Assembly (NCBI RefSeq): GCF_009914755.1
Contig: NC_060925.1
DNA length: 64,000 bases
Origin: the human T2T-CHM13v2.0 reference genome, Homo sapiens
Direction: 5' to 3' (one strand)
A program made the translations under genes and the position numbers. The first letter of the stretch is position 1, and every line of letters begins with the position of its first letter. Positions 42,823 through 57,140 of this stretch are shown one piece after another. A model generated the notes under the pieces. The model saw nothing but the letters and a program-made list of their open reading frames with translations. It searched no databases and was not told the origin of the DNA.

Positions 42823-43295
42823 ACACACACATACACACACACATACACACAGTTTTTGCCCTAGTGGCTACTATAGAGGTTTTTGATCCCTCCTTTCCCA
42901 ACAAACACTGGATTTAACTCAAAGGTCCATTCTTCCTTAGGTTTTTGCTATTTCCCCCCTTTTCCTTTAAGAAGCCATTGATGGACCTCATTGATGGAAA
43001 GTTCTGTAAGTGTTGCCAAGGAACATCAGTGTATTTTTCCTGTAGCTGGCACCTTTGAGGGAGTCTGGTCTCCAAGGCCATCTGTTTTGCAAGCAAGGGT
43101 GAGACAGCCACATTCCTCATCCTCAGACCTACGACTCTACCATGGCGAAGGCGGTGACCAGGGAGGGCTGGGACATTTGTGTCACAGAAAGAGTCCCTGC
43201 ATTGATCATTTCTGAGTGATGTCTGAGTGGGGGTAATACCTAATGTTAAGAAAGTAACCATCTGACTACATCAAGACTTTTCATTTTCAAAGTAT

Positions 43296-43301
43296 TTTAT
43301 T
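43296..43301 (-). terminator. KIAA0040: KIAA0040 proximal poly(A) signal
   Basis: Minus-strand AATAAA followed ~25 nt later by GU-rich TCTTGATGTAGTCAGATGGTTACTTTCTT. Confidence 0.6.
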
Positions 43302-46300
43302 TAAATAAATTTTTCTTTTGTGTGTGTTCGAATTTTACAGAAAAAAATACTGACAAATACTATACAGCTTGGACCCTTTATATTTTTCTTGGAAAGGTGG
43401 CTGCCATTTTTCTACCTTTCTCCCTCCCTGCTCCCCCCAAGAAAAAGAAACATGGAATCCATTGAGCAATGGGGAAAGGAGCAATGGGGAAAGGCCTCCT
43501 CTGGCTGCCGTCCGGAGCCTGGCTAAAGCTGCTCAGAAGTCCAGGCCTAGGGGATGTCTTTCTCGAGCCTGTGCTGGTCTAGGAAGCCTCTTCTTTAGGA
43601 ATCATTTTTTTGTCCCCCGTGAACTTACCCTCCCCAGATGAGTCAAGCAGTCTCTGGTCCTGAGGTCCCATGGGTTGCCAGTGGCAGTTCAGGGACAGAG
43701 GCTGGAAGGAGTGAAAATGGAGAGGAATAAAGGGCTGGGGCTGGTCTGGTGCAGGCAGAAGAGGGAATCAGAGAAGCATAAAACATGGAGAAAAAGATGA
43801 GAAGGAAGTGGAAAGAAGAGAGTGGATATCAACAATGGCCTTAGGCTCCTTTCATGCACCTGTTTATTTAACAAAACGTTTAGGGCCTATCCTGCACTGG
43901 GACTCCTCTAGTTACGCCAGGAAAGGTTGTCAGGGGAGTCTGTGATGGGGAAAAGAGAGGCCCCATTCTGGGTTTGGCTCTTCTGAGTCATCGGCTGTGG
44001 AAGTGACTGAGAAGTGAGTTTCTGGGTGTTTCATCCCTGGGGTGAGAGCAAGTCCATTGGATTAGGAGACAGCAGGGACATTGTGCCTGGAGATAGAGGC
44101 CTTGTCATGGCAATGACAACTGACTGCTGTCTTAATTCAAACGAGCAAGCAGTTGCCATGGAAACCATGTTACTTGTATGGTCCCGGATCCCGGTGATCC
44201 GCCCTCCTAGATCATATCTGACACTACGTCTCAGCTGTCAGCCTCCACCTCTCCCCAGCCATCCATTCTAGGGGGACTGAGAGGTGGAGACAGGAAGGGC
44301 AGCTTGTCCTGGTGAGCAGTGGCAGTTGTGGGGAGATGTCTTCCACATCCCTGGGTTTGGTGCAGGCAGATGGCAAGTTATTCTGTTATGTGAAGGGCAC
44401 AGCCAGAGGCCCCATGACAAACTCTCTATGTGACAAGGGGATAGAGAACCAGAGTGCTTCTTTCTCTGGTCAAAGGGGTTGATGAGTGGGAGGCCTGAGT
44501 GCTTAGGCAGTTTATGGCCATATAGGGTGAGAGGGCGAATGTGACTGGCTATAAAATATATGCAGGTTTAAATTATGATTCACAGGGTCATCTGTTAGAA
44601 AACCCTGGTGCAAGGGTCACCACTAAATGCCCACCCTCCACAGGCCTAAAGTACACCTGGAGGGCAGGTGAGTACCAAGCAGCCCAAGTGAGCAAATAGA
44701 ATATATCTTTCCTTTAATGCAATCTTATAGAATTTAGTTTTTTGCTACTATAAATATCATAGTTTAGCTACATTATTAATTAGATAGCAATTTTGCCACT
44801 GTGTAGAATAGCTTCCTTGGGAAAATATTTCAAGAGAGCTGCCCAGCATATTTGTAAATAAACTTCTAGAGCATAACTTGCTCCCAAGGAGTGAATTGTC
44901 CATCTTTGTAATACAGTCACAATACAATAAAAATACCAAGCAGTTCATCCTATAAGTGGATTAACTCTGCTTCCCAACCTCACTCTGGCGGGGAAAGCCC
45001 TCCTCAGCTCACTGTGGATCTAATTTACATGTCCTCACATACCTCAAGGCACATGTGTCACCTACATGTGCTCTCCAGCATTAAACACCCAATTTCATCC
45101 ATTGCAGCAATTAGTGGGCTCACTTAGAAGAGAAGATCACTCGCAGAGAATTGGTGAGGTATTACAAGCTTACCCTTAACAACATCACATATCCAACAGT
45201 AACCACAGTTAGTTATAAGTACCTACTGTGTGCAAGGCACTTGCCTGAGCTTCAATATAAATATAAATAAACCTCTTTATAGCTTCATCCTACTTTCATT
45301 TAAACTCTGTTACCTCTGCATCCCACCTGTGCCGTACCGTGCACACATCACAACCTTATGACATCACTTCCAGTGTTGCCTTCTGTGAGACTGCACTGAT
45401 GATTGTCTAGTTCCTTCCCTGCTGGAAACTTTGGTTATATAGGAGATACCTAGCTCAGGTGTAGCATCTCCTCACCCTTTCCATCTGTAAACATTGCACA
45501 GGTACACAGTTGCAGTCCACTGACATAAATGAGTGGGCTTCCATAATTTTCTAGCAGTCACCACCAAGAGCTCTTTGTTCTTGCTTGGAGAAAGGCACTT
45601 TGCTGAGTGGTTTGCGGGGGTAATGTTTCACAGAGAGGTCTTGGATCACATTAAACACCTCTCAGTGGCAATGAGGACGGACTTTGTCATGAGTTACAAG
45701 AAAAGAGCTTTCAATGAATTTTGAACCATCACACTTTAAACATCTTGGCACAGGTGAGGGGTCAGAGGCACAGAAACTTGGTGTGTCTGTATCAAGACAC
45801 ACAAGGGTGGGGACTGTAGCAGGTTGCTGGAATGTCCAATTATGAGTACTTCCAGTAAAAGTTTATGTGTAGAGTTAGAAATAGGAAAGCATGCATCTGT
45901 AACCTGAGTGGTTTATGGAATAGATGGTGTATGGGGGCCTTGCTGGTTAGGAAATTGTATATATGTGTCTGAATCTGGCAAGGCTTTCCCATGAGACATT
46001 TTTGTGACTGTAGATAATGTACTTCCCTGCACAAAGTACATAGCCAATGACCATTTGATGAGCAGAATATACTTGCCCACGTACCTGCTACCTGAATTTG
46101 TGTGTGTGTGTGTTACGTGCATGTGCACACACTTGGGAACCATATTGAGATGTATGGATAAATGTTCTTTGTGCTTTGCATGTGGGGTATGCCAGAGACA
46201 GGTGGGAGGCATGCCTGGGTCTGCAGTAAGGAGCATTGCTATTGGACACATAGCTGCCAAGACAGTATCCAAGAATTGTCCACGTGGTCCCTGGGACTGC

Positions 46301-46457
46301 CCTCCACTGGGACACTTAGTCTGAGGTTTGTTCCTTGGTTGAGTAGTTACTCTGTGGACATGGACATAGTGCATTATTTCAGGGGTTCCTGAAATGTCTG
46401 TGTGTGGTCAGAAGGAGGCTTAGCCCCAGAAAGGAAACACCTCTGCTTCCTGCCTAA

Positions 46458-46881
<424 letters not shown>

Positions 46882-49800
46882 CTGAAGAGATTAAAACAGA
46901 CAACTGAAGAGAAATGCAGGGGGACTGGTCTACAATTTTAATAGTGTCATAGATTTTAGGCTTAGGAAAGGGGAAGGAATTGAAGATTTCCAGGGTTCAG
47001 TAAACTTGTATTGACTCAATAAACAAGATAAATGCATGCATGTAATCAATAAGCATCAACTAATTCTTGCTATGTACACACATTATATTGGGCTTAGGAT
47101 ATAAAAATGAATAGTATATCAGGTCTGGCACGTAGGAAGTTCTCAGTAGTTGTTGGATAAATGAATCAATGTGTGTGTTCAGTGTTCTGATAAGGGGTTG
47201 CTTCCCTGGACCCTTCTGCAACAGCAGTTCTCAATCTTTTTTCCACTGTAGCTCACCTGACAGATGTTGAACACACACTCCCCACAGGACAGGTCTGTAT
47301 GTAACCTTTTATTAACATAACTTGCCATTTTCAAAGCTTATTGAAGCTTAAGCACAAAGTGAGATGTCTACATCTTGCTGTCTGTAGTAGGGAACCTGGG
47401 TCTCCTCTGGGCTAAGAGGTCATCAGTCCTCATCCTGCCCCATGCCTGCTTTCCGTGCTGTCCCCTCATGATCTCTTCCCTGCTCCATGTCTCCTCCCCT
47501 CCTTATATCACATTCCTGTGCCTGAGAAGTCCTCTCCTCCCAAGGCTGAGAGAACCAGGGGTGACCATTTGCTGGCTTTCCTCTTTCTACCTTCTACCTT
47601 CCTCTTCCTCATTACCCTTCTCTATGTTTTCTATTCCTTGACCAAATACTCCAAAGTCTCCTGCTCTCTTTCTTCTCTATGGGAGAGGAGTCCTTGCAGG
47701 CTGCTTAGTGATGGTGCTTGGAAACCAGAGTGAGGTTCCTGGGTGCCTCCCTGTTCCTGTTCTGAACTCAGCATACAGCTGGGGCCATTCTCCTGGTTGC
47801 TTGTACAGAGCTGCCCCTCTTCCCTGGTCACCCCTCCACATATATCTTAAAGCTCAGCTCTCAAGTATAAGGTCTTAGAGGCTGCCTTCCATTCTGGAAT
47901 TACAGGTTCTTGTGTACAAACAAGACTTCAAGGACAGGTATGATTCAAGGAAATTTAAGAGGCCTGTTGGTGTAAGACATTCTCCAGGACCCAAATATTA
48001 AGGAGTGGTTGATTTTCAGGATGGACACTCCAGAGATCATCCCAATGAACTCTCTCACTTAAGGATAAAGAATCTGGGGTCCAGAGCAGTGAGGTGACAT
48101 GTCTGAGGCCATAGAGACCCACCCAGGCCACACAGGCCCACCCAGACCCACCCAGACCTCTGGACAATGGGTTCAGCACTCTCCGCAGGCTGCCAGGCAA
48201 GCAGAGGAACTAAGGATGACAATGATGTCACTTTATACTTGCATTTCACTTCATACTTTTCTAATCATTTTCATCTGCATTTAATCTTTTGAGTGAGCTG
48301 TGTCTACGGATGGGAACACTGGGGACCTGGGCCTGGAATTCAAGATCAGCTCAGGCTTCATTGCATACATGTGCAGCCCTCCTGGGTGATGTTTTCTACA
48401 TGATGCCCCAGCAATTGTCCTCAGAAGTCTAATTCCTTGGATAGCATGCTCTATCAATGTCTCATGATCCCAGTGCCCATGTGCCTATCTAAGCCCCAGC
48501 TGTCCTCAGTCCTAGTCTGCTGGCATGTAATCCCACCCTCTCATGGCATTATTTACATAGTTTTTGCAAGCGTACAAATTGGCACCTACTACTGAGCCTT
48601 TTGGTCCATGGAGCCCAAAGAAATGTTATAGGATGACAATAATAATTTTAGCCAACTTTTAGTAAGCAGTAATTATATACCAGGCACTTTTCTAGGCACT
48701 CTATTAACTCATTCATCTTCATGACACCCTTATGAAGTAGGTACTGTGGTTCCCCCATCCTGCAGCTGAAGAGATGGAGGCTCAGGCCACACGGTGAGTG
48801 AGTGCCAGAGCCGGTCTCACTCATTCTGGAGAGTTTGGCTCCAGATCCGCAAGGAGTGATCTGTTCACAGGCGTTGCTCTGTGGCCTCCTATTCCTTTGT
48901 GTGGAATTAACCCATTTTTGGCAAGCAGCCCAGGATTTACAGAATCTTACAATATTTGGCTATTCCCCATATTAACTTAAATGCTTATCCCAGTCTATTG
49001 TAGGAAAGACTGCAAAGAGATTTATTTCTCATTGTTAGATCCTTCCCAAATGCATGAAGATACATAAAATAAAAACAAAGTTCTGCCCAAGTGCAGGTTT
49101 ATAGAAAGCATATGGCTGCCTGAACTTAAACTCAACATGCAACAAAGAAAAGTATCCTGAGGAGTCATGTCCTCTCATCCAAGGCTCTGCTCAAGCCCCT
49201 CTGAGGCCTGGGAACAGCCCATGCCATGGATCTGCCCACACACCATCAAGCTGCCAGGCTCTCTGTAGAGAAAAGCAGCCTTTGGCATGCTTCTAAGCCC
49301 CGGTGATGCTGTATCTCAGGCCACTCATCTCTCTTCTGGATTTTCCTTCTCCCTCTGCAATGACCTTTGCTTTTACCTCAGTCTTGAGTGGGTCTGTGCC
49401 CCTGTCTGTTGGGATCTTTCTGCTCTGTTGTGGAAAGGCTTTGGGTGCTTTTCTTTAATTTGATTCTACTCACAGCTTTCCTGATTCACGTTAGATAACA
49501 CCACCACCACAAATGTTCACCAACTATTTTGTGCCAGGGGTTATGCTGTTCCTACAGGGAGCAGATGGGTAACAGGGGCCCCTCTGGGTTCAGCCAGCAA
49601 GGAAGGAGGGCGAGCTCATGGAGATCAGGTCAGTTTTCATGAAGGTGGAGCCACCTGGGGGACGACCTTGAAGATGCGTAGTATTTTGACAGAGAAATAT
49701 AGGTGAAAAGGATGTTCAAACATTCCAGGCAGAGAAACTTCTAGAACATGAGCAGGAGAACAGGGGGTCTTCTGGTGAGCCTGGAGCTCAGGGTGGGAGA

Positions 49801-52296
49801 AGAGAGGATGAGAAGGGACACTAGGAGGTAGGCATGGCCAGGGTAGAGGGGCCGTCATAGGGTTTGCGTTTATTTGGAGGCTTTACAACAGGAGAATGTT
49901 GTGATCAGAGCTGCCTTTCAGGAAAAGATAACAAGATCTGAAGAACTCTGGAAAATGTGTTAAGAAAGTTCTTTAAATCTCCTTATCCGTTTATCAAACA
50001 TTCACTGAGCACCTAATATGTTTCATGCACTGTTGGGTGTTGAGAATTCAATAGTGAATGACAAAGATATGGTTTCTGACATCGGGAAGCCTCGTCCATT
50101 CCAGGGGAGTTATTACTATTGATAGATCAAGTCATAAAAGCCAAGTACAATAAGCAAATTCCAAACTAGATTGCTTAGTTGGCTGAAGTAGAAGCATGCA
50201 TTTGAATTATATGTTTATCTCAACATCTAGGGCCCTCCCACCCCTCCCAACCTTTGTCTTAAACTCATCCATCCCTTGGCACCTAAAATGGCCTTTGAAT
50301 AAATAGATTTCTTTTCAAGCTAAAGCTAAGTCAATAATTCTCTTCTGGATTCCTAAAGGGACTTATTTGAGGCTGCTCCCCATACAGCCAAAGAGTATTC
50401 ATTAACATTTGGGAAGCCAGTCTGGGGAAAATTCGATTAAAAGGTATTCTTTATATTTTTTAATCTAAGAATTCTTTTCTAGGCACCCCCCAGGTTACTT
50501 GCTGAGCTCTGCTAATCTATAGTGTTTCATTAGTATTTATGAGTCTTGCATTATTAGCATTTCCAGAAAACAATCAAATATCTCCTTAGTGGCATGAATT
50601 AAAAGTGAGAACTTCCATGGAATGCAAAAGAAGACACACTTCGGCCCCTGGAAGTACACTCTAGCCTTTTGTTAGCTTTTGAATAGCACTGACAATGCTT
50701 GAAAAGTAATTCATCTATTTTTGTAAGACCAACAATAGGTGCCAACCAACCTCATCTGTCTGATTGTGGCTGTGGGGGTGGACGAGAGGACAGAGAAGAG
50801 GGGAAAACTTTCTTTCAATTTTTTTGAAACCAAATATTATTTACCTCCATATCCTCTGTAGTATCTAGCTAGGGAGACAGAATCATTCATTCACTCTTTC
50901 TGTCGCAAACTTCTATCCACCCATGTATGAGGTGACGATGGGAAACAGTGATCCCAGAGCCAGAAGGCCTGGTTTTGAGCCTTGGGTCAACCTGCATGAC
51001 CTTGGCAAGTTAACCAGACCTCAGCTACAAAATGAAGCTAATGATCTTCCCTCATAATGACATTGTGGGGATCAAAATGATTCAATATATTTAATGCATT
51101 CTGTAACTGTAAAATACTTACACAAATATAATCCATAAAATAGTGAGTTATCTTGAAATAACAATGGACTAATTCCAGTGCTGGGCTTTTCTTCCTCCTT
51201 CCTCACCTCCAAGCCAATCCCTATTGCCAAAGAACCATGGGTCCCCACCGCATTGAAATGAAAAGGTCTTCAGAAATAATCTCCCTAATATGGTTGGTCT
51301 GTAGGTCTGTGGCTGTTGCTCTAGACTCTGGCATCCAGAAATCAGATGGAGAGCGGTCGCTTGGGGAACATCTGAAGGTGCCTGGAGGATTGCTGAGTTC
51401 ATAGGTGAGGTGGAGGAGAGCAGCTAGCCATCTACAGGCCCCAGCCTCCCTCCCAGGCTTTGGGACCCTTGGAAGTGTTACAGGGGTGGGTCATTCCACA
51501 GGGAGGTCTGCTTCAATCTCTGAGAGCCAAAAGCTACTGCAGGCTGTGTCCAGGGCTGGCCCTGACACTGCTGTTCCTTCCGGTGCTCTCCAAGAAGGGA
51601 GCAGGGCGTTCTATTCTGCATCAGCCTCTCATTGTTCTTGTTTTTTAGACAAAATAATAAATGTAAAGCTCTAGAACAGTGTCTGTGAGACAGTAAATAC
51701 TTTCTGGAAAGGTTAATAATAAGGATCACAATGGCACCCAATTAGAATCCCTGAGACCAACTCCAGAGTGACCTCCAAATGGTACAAATCACCACCCTTC
51801 TTGTAGGGGGAGGTGGGAGGTTCAGTTCTCTATGAGAACCTTAAGAGACCCCTCTTCTGCGACTGCTGACTCCTGGATTTGTGTGGGGGGCCATTTTATA
51901 ACTGACAGTTGGGAGCAAAGACCTCCCCTTGGGCCTTTGCTCAAACAGCTCCATTGAGCTTTCTACCTTGGGTGCGCTGATCACTGTGCTTGCTTTAGCT
52001 CCTCTGCCCAGGATCCCAGGTGACAGCAGGATGGACTGTTGGCTACAAAGAGTCATTTAAGGAGTTAAAAATACAGATTCCTGCAGCCTGCTCCTGGAGA
52101 CTCTGATTCAGTCGGGTCTAGGATGGGCCCAGGAATTTATGTTTGTAGCAAGCAGCCAGAGTGTTTCTGGACAATTGTCAGGTTTGGGAATAATTGAATA
52201 AGCAAGCTGAGCAGCCGACCTTCATTTATGAGCACAGGAGCCATGTGCTAAATGAGGGGAAGAATCATGGGTGAGGAGACGGGGGATGAAGTTTAC

Positions 52297-52472
52297 CTCC
52301 ACACACAGCAGCAAAATGGCCAGCCAGCTTGGGGAGCCTCCTTCCACGTTACTTCTTGCTTTGCGTTGTCAGGGGATCTCGGCCAGAACTGCTTTCCTGG
52401 AGGTCACGTTCAACGTAGTAAACAATCGCTGAACACCCGCCCTGTGCATTCAGATCCTGATCACCGCCCAGT
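52297..52472 (-). other. KIAA0040: KIAA0040 non-coding 5'UTR exon (176 nt)
   Basis: Minus strand ttttatttctcccccttgctag|ACTGGG ... GGAG|gtaaac; strong polypyrimidine tract. Confidence 0.7.
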
Positions 52473-54569
52473 CTAGCAAGGGGGAGAAATAAAAATAGAA
52501 GTATAGTGTGATGAGTTCTGTGGTCAAGTTCTGTGTTGGGGGACATGGGAGCAGCATGGCAGAAGCAGCCAGCGGTCCTGCCTGGAGAAGGTTGAGGGAA
52601 GGCAATGAAAAGAAACGACCATCATGACTGGTGTCTGAGCAGGCATCGTGCAGTGACTAATTACAGAGAACCTACTCCTGCTGGGAACTTTGTACCCAGG
52701 ACAAGCAAACCAGATCCCTGTCCTTTCTGTGCTCCAAGTCTAGTGTGGGAACCAAACCAAACATTCATCAAAGAACCATATAGGCAGGTGTGAAAGTGTA
52801 ATTATGGTGAGTGCCACGAACAAGACCCCACGATGCTATGAAAGGGGAAACAGGGAGGTTAGGAAGGCTCTGATGAGGGATGACTGAGAGAAGATCTGAA
52901 TGACAAAAACAGCAAACACATGGCTAGGGTGTCTGAAAAGTTTTGAAACACAAAATAAACTTATTTTAAAGCATTTCCAAGTAATATGCTTGATAGGCTT
53001 TTCTTCAACCCTCCAAGACCTTTTCAGGTGAAGTTCTCTACATTTAAAGAATGAGTTCAATTGTTAATACACTGTAAAGTGTCCCCCCAAAGTCTGGAAA
53101 CATAGGCAAACAATACCTGTATTGTGCTTTTTATTAGATGAACAAATTAGACCCATTGCTGTCCCTGAAAAGGACCTGAAGGGACAGGGTAGCTGACAGC
53201 AGCAGTGGTGGGGTGAGGGTGGATGGCAGGGCCCATGAATGGCAGCCCCACACCACAGGACCTTGTAAGCCACGTGGAGGGCTAGAGTTTGCTGTGAGAG
53301 CCACGGGGTTTTAAGCAAGGAGGGGACATAATTGATGTGGATTTCATAAAGAACACTCTCTCTGACGTGTGAGAGGACAGATGGGAGAGGGTGTAGGGGG
53401 AGGAAATGATCACAGTTGTCCAGAAAGTGGCAGCTGGGCCAAGGGTGATGGTGGTCGGAAAGGGCGGGATGATGGCGTGGCTCAGGTGTTTTCCAGCAGA
53501 TATGGGTGGGAGAACTCTCAGGCAGAGGGACATGAGAGGAGGTGTCCCTGGGTGTGCCCAACTTTCCTTCTTCTAACCCTAGTCTCCTATGAGGGCTCTC
53601 AGTCTGGAATGTATATGTATATTCTTTTTTTTTTTCCTTTCCAAAACAGGAAAATCATCAGTCTCTACCTGACTCCTCACCATCTCTCTTGGGGGTTTAA
53701 AACACCTTATTCAACCCCAGGCCTCTCCACCCTGCCTGTCCAAACCTTGCCCCAGCTCTCAAACCACACTGCCTTACAAAATCCCTGTGGTTACGATAAT
53801 ATCACACACTTCAGAAACCAAGGCTCTCTGGCAGCGAGGGCACAGAGTGGAACCTCAGTCAGTAGTTATTAACTTGGCTATTCTGGATATATATTTTCTT
53901 GATGGTTCTCACCTTGCTAACCTGGCATGCTCAGGTGCCCTCTAATAGAGGTAAGTACTGTTTTGTACAAAAATGGTCTGATCACAGTAAATGATCTGCT
54001 TGTAGAACATTACATTTATTACTTAGACCCAGCTCTAGGCATTCTGAAATAGGTATCTACATTTTCCCCAATTTAATGAATTGCTTCAAATAACTAGTCC
54101 TAATACAAAGTCGGAAGCTCTCTTTTCCCCCCAGAGTATATATGATGCATAACTAGATATTCAGTATTAAAGGAAAATAGATAGTATTTTCCCCCAGAAT
54201 TGATGTTATAATTATGGTTGCAATTTTGAACAAAAGCACAAATAGAGCATCAATAGAAAAATGATTAAGGCACCATGGTTATTTAATAAAATGATGCTTT
54301 ATCATGTAAACATTCTGGATTAGAAGACTCCTGAAATGGGCCATCTGGTTGATTACCTTATTTATTGATGGGAAATCTGGGACCAAAGAGACTGCATCTT
54401 GCGGGAGATCACCCAGCTGGTGACTAATAGAGCCAGGGCCAGAACCAATGTCTTCTGAGGCCCAGGTTACCCTCCTGCCAGGTCTCTTCCACAAACTCTT
54501 CCACAGTGCTTTGCAAGATGCCCACCATATTCTCTTTCTGAGCACGAGTGAGACCATACTTCTCAGCCC

Positions 54570-54880
54570 CTTACGTCTCTGTGGGGCTATGTGACTGAGT
54601 TCCAGCCAAGGAAACGTGGCTCCTGAAATCTTCTCCCGGGCCCTCCCTGTTCTCTCTCTGCTTGCTCATTGGCTGGCCAGATGCAGAGCATCCAGGGGAG
54701 GACTCCAAGAGCCCTGGGGATGGCAGAGATGGGAGGTGTTCCTGAATGACTGTGTGGAGCAGAGCACCCCTGCTGACCACAGTGAAAAATGAAATGAGTT
54801 AGAATAAACTTTTGTTGGGTGAAGCCACTGAGATTTGGGGATTTTCTGCTACAGCAGTTAGCCTATCCTGCCTAATACAA
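54570..54880. mobile_element. MLT1 (MaLR) LTR
   Basis: aataaacttttgttgggtgaagccactgagatttgggg...ctacagcagttagcctatcctgcctaataca, a typical MLT1 end. Confidence 0.65.
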
Positions 54881-56329
54881 GTGACAAAAAAGCTAATGTT
54901 GGTAATGATTATTAATTACCATTGCATATATAATCCCTAGAATGATTTGCTTATAACAAATGTGCAATGTGTTCAACAACTCTCCTATAGGGCAGCTTTG
55001 GCCAAAGAGGGGTTTACCTTAGTGCTTTTGAGCAGTGGTTCGGGAACCAGATATCCTGGGTCTGAATTCTGGCTCTCCCACTCACTAGCTGTATCACATT
55101 GGGCAGGTTAACCTCTCTCTCTGGCGCTCTGTTTTCTCATTTGTAGAATGGCATGGATAATAACAGGATGTGAGAATGAAATGAGTCAGTAGAAGTAGAA
55201 TGCCTCAGAGCCTTGCCTAGCAATAAAAGTTAGTCCTGATTGTTTGATCCCAAACAAATAGGCTGGCCAAAGTAAACAGCCCTTGACTCCTTAGCTAATG
55301 ATGGTTTTGTTTGTCTTTTTCAAATGTGAGATGGTTCTGGAGTCATGACTTTGATTATGTAGGTCTCCTTTACAAGGCATTTTCTCTTTTCTCTAGTTTT
55401 CCTGTGGTAGACTAAATTAGTTCATTCATCATTCTCTTTCAAAGCGACCATTTCAGAATGAAAATATGGATAAGCACCACTCAGGAGCTGAATCATAAGG
55501 GTTTAGATACACTTCCTTCCCCTCTCTGCAGGGCTCTCCCAAGATTGTGTGGAGTAGGACATAGAAGCCTCCTTCCTTCCTCACCCCGACGACAAACTGC
55601 CCTTTTGTCTTTTCCTACTTTCCCTTTTTTCCCTCCCTCAATGTATTTAATGAGCTCCTAGGATGTGTCAGTTCCGGTCCTGGCACCATGGGTATAGTCA
55701 TGCATAAGACAGACATTTTGTTTGTGCACTTATTATCTCTCTTCTCCAGGTAGAAAGTATACATGTTAGTGCAATAAAGGAAATAATTGGAGTGGCCTCT
55801 GAAAAGGTGACTCTGAACTGAGATCTCGGGGTGCTAAGGACCAAGCGTGCACAGCGCTAAGGGCAGGACCTCCGGTAGCAGCAACATTAAGGTTGAGGGC
55901 TCTGAAGTGGGAAAGCGCATGGCACATCCATGAGAGAGGGCAGCCAAGTGTGGCTGGACCGTGGTGAGCATCGTAAGTAAAGCAGGGCTTGAGCTAGGGG
56001 CACTTGGGCCCTGTGGGTATGGAAAGGCACAGAAAGGTGCCTTCCCCTTTATCCCCATTGTTACCTCATTTGTCCAGGCCTTCAAATGGCCTCTAGTTTT
56101 TCCTTCTTTCAATTCGTCTTTCTAAAATCTGAATGTAACGCGCACTCCCTGCGCAACCCTCGCTTGGCTGCTCACCACCTGTATGATCACACCTCCTTAG
56201 CAAGGAGGACTGGCTGGTAATCCAACTCTCCTATTACCCCAGCCTCACCTTCCTCCACCACCCCCACCGCCCTAGCTGTTTATCACATAATAGGTGCTAA
56301 TAAATATGGGACAAATAAATGAATTCCTT

Positions 56330-57140
56330 CAACACTCGGACTAAGCTTCTCTCCTGGGCTTTACCTCCCCACCCCTACCTCATCAGCTGGTCCTACCTGC
56401 TCTCTCTCTGACTATGTCCTGACTCCATCCACTTCCCACCATTTCCATGGCCAGGCCTTTGCTGTCTCTCACCTGGGTTACTGCAGCAGCTTCCTAACCA
56501 ATCTCTCTGGTTCTGCTCCTCCCTCCCTCCGGCCTGTTCTCCCCACCAGAGCCAGATCATATCACCCCCAGGCCCTGCTCACGCCTCATGGCTTCCCGTC
56601 ACTAGAAGTATGACATCTAAACTCTTTCTTACATCCCCAGGCCCTGCCATCGTCTGGCCCCTGCCTCCTTCTGGACCTTGTCTGGTACTCTCTTCTCTCC
56701 CATTCACTGTGGCCTAGCCGCGCCTACTACTGGACCGTCCACTCGCTCAGGACCCTATTTGTCCCTTTGCCTGGTATGGTTTTCCTCAGATCTTGGCGTG
56801 ATTGCTTCACAACATTTGCGTCAGCTCAAATACATTTTCATACAAATTTCCTCCCGTGTTACCTTATCAGGAGGCCTTTTTCTAATGGAGTATGGTTATC
56901 TAATGTCGCCCAACCCCCAGCCAACCCCTATCTCACCATCCTGCCCTACTGGCTTGGTGATACTCCTCACTTTGAAATTTCTCAGTCACTTACAATGCTG
57001 CTGTCACGCTGGTTTCCACCTTTACTGCCTGTCTTCCTCCATTAGAACATAAGCTCCATGAGAGCAGGGCCCTGCCTGTCCTATTCTGTTTGGATGCCCA
57101 GAGTCTGGCATGTAGCTGAATGAATGAATGAATGAGTGAA
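56330..57140. mobile_element. L2 3' fragment
   Basis: ccattagaacataagctccatgagagcaggg...(tgaa)n, the L2 terminus. Confidence 0.6.

Noticed and set aside
47251-47260. Strong minus-strand donor (CAG|GTGAGC) suggesting an extra KIAA0040 exon
   Set aside because: No convincing partner acceptor could be assigned from sequence alone
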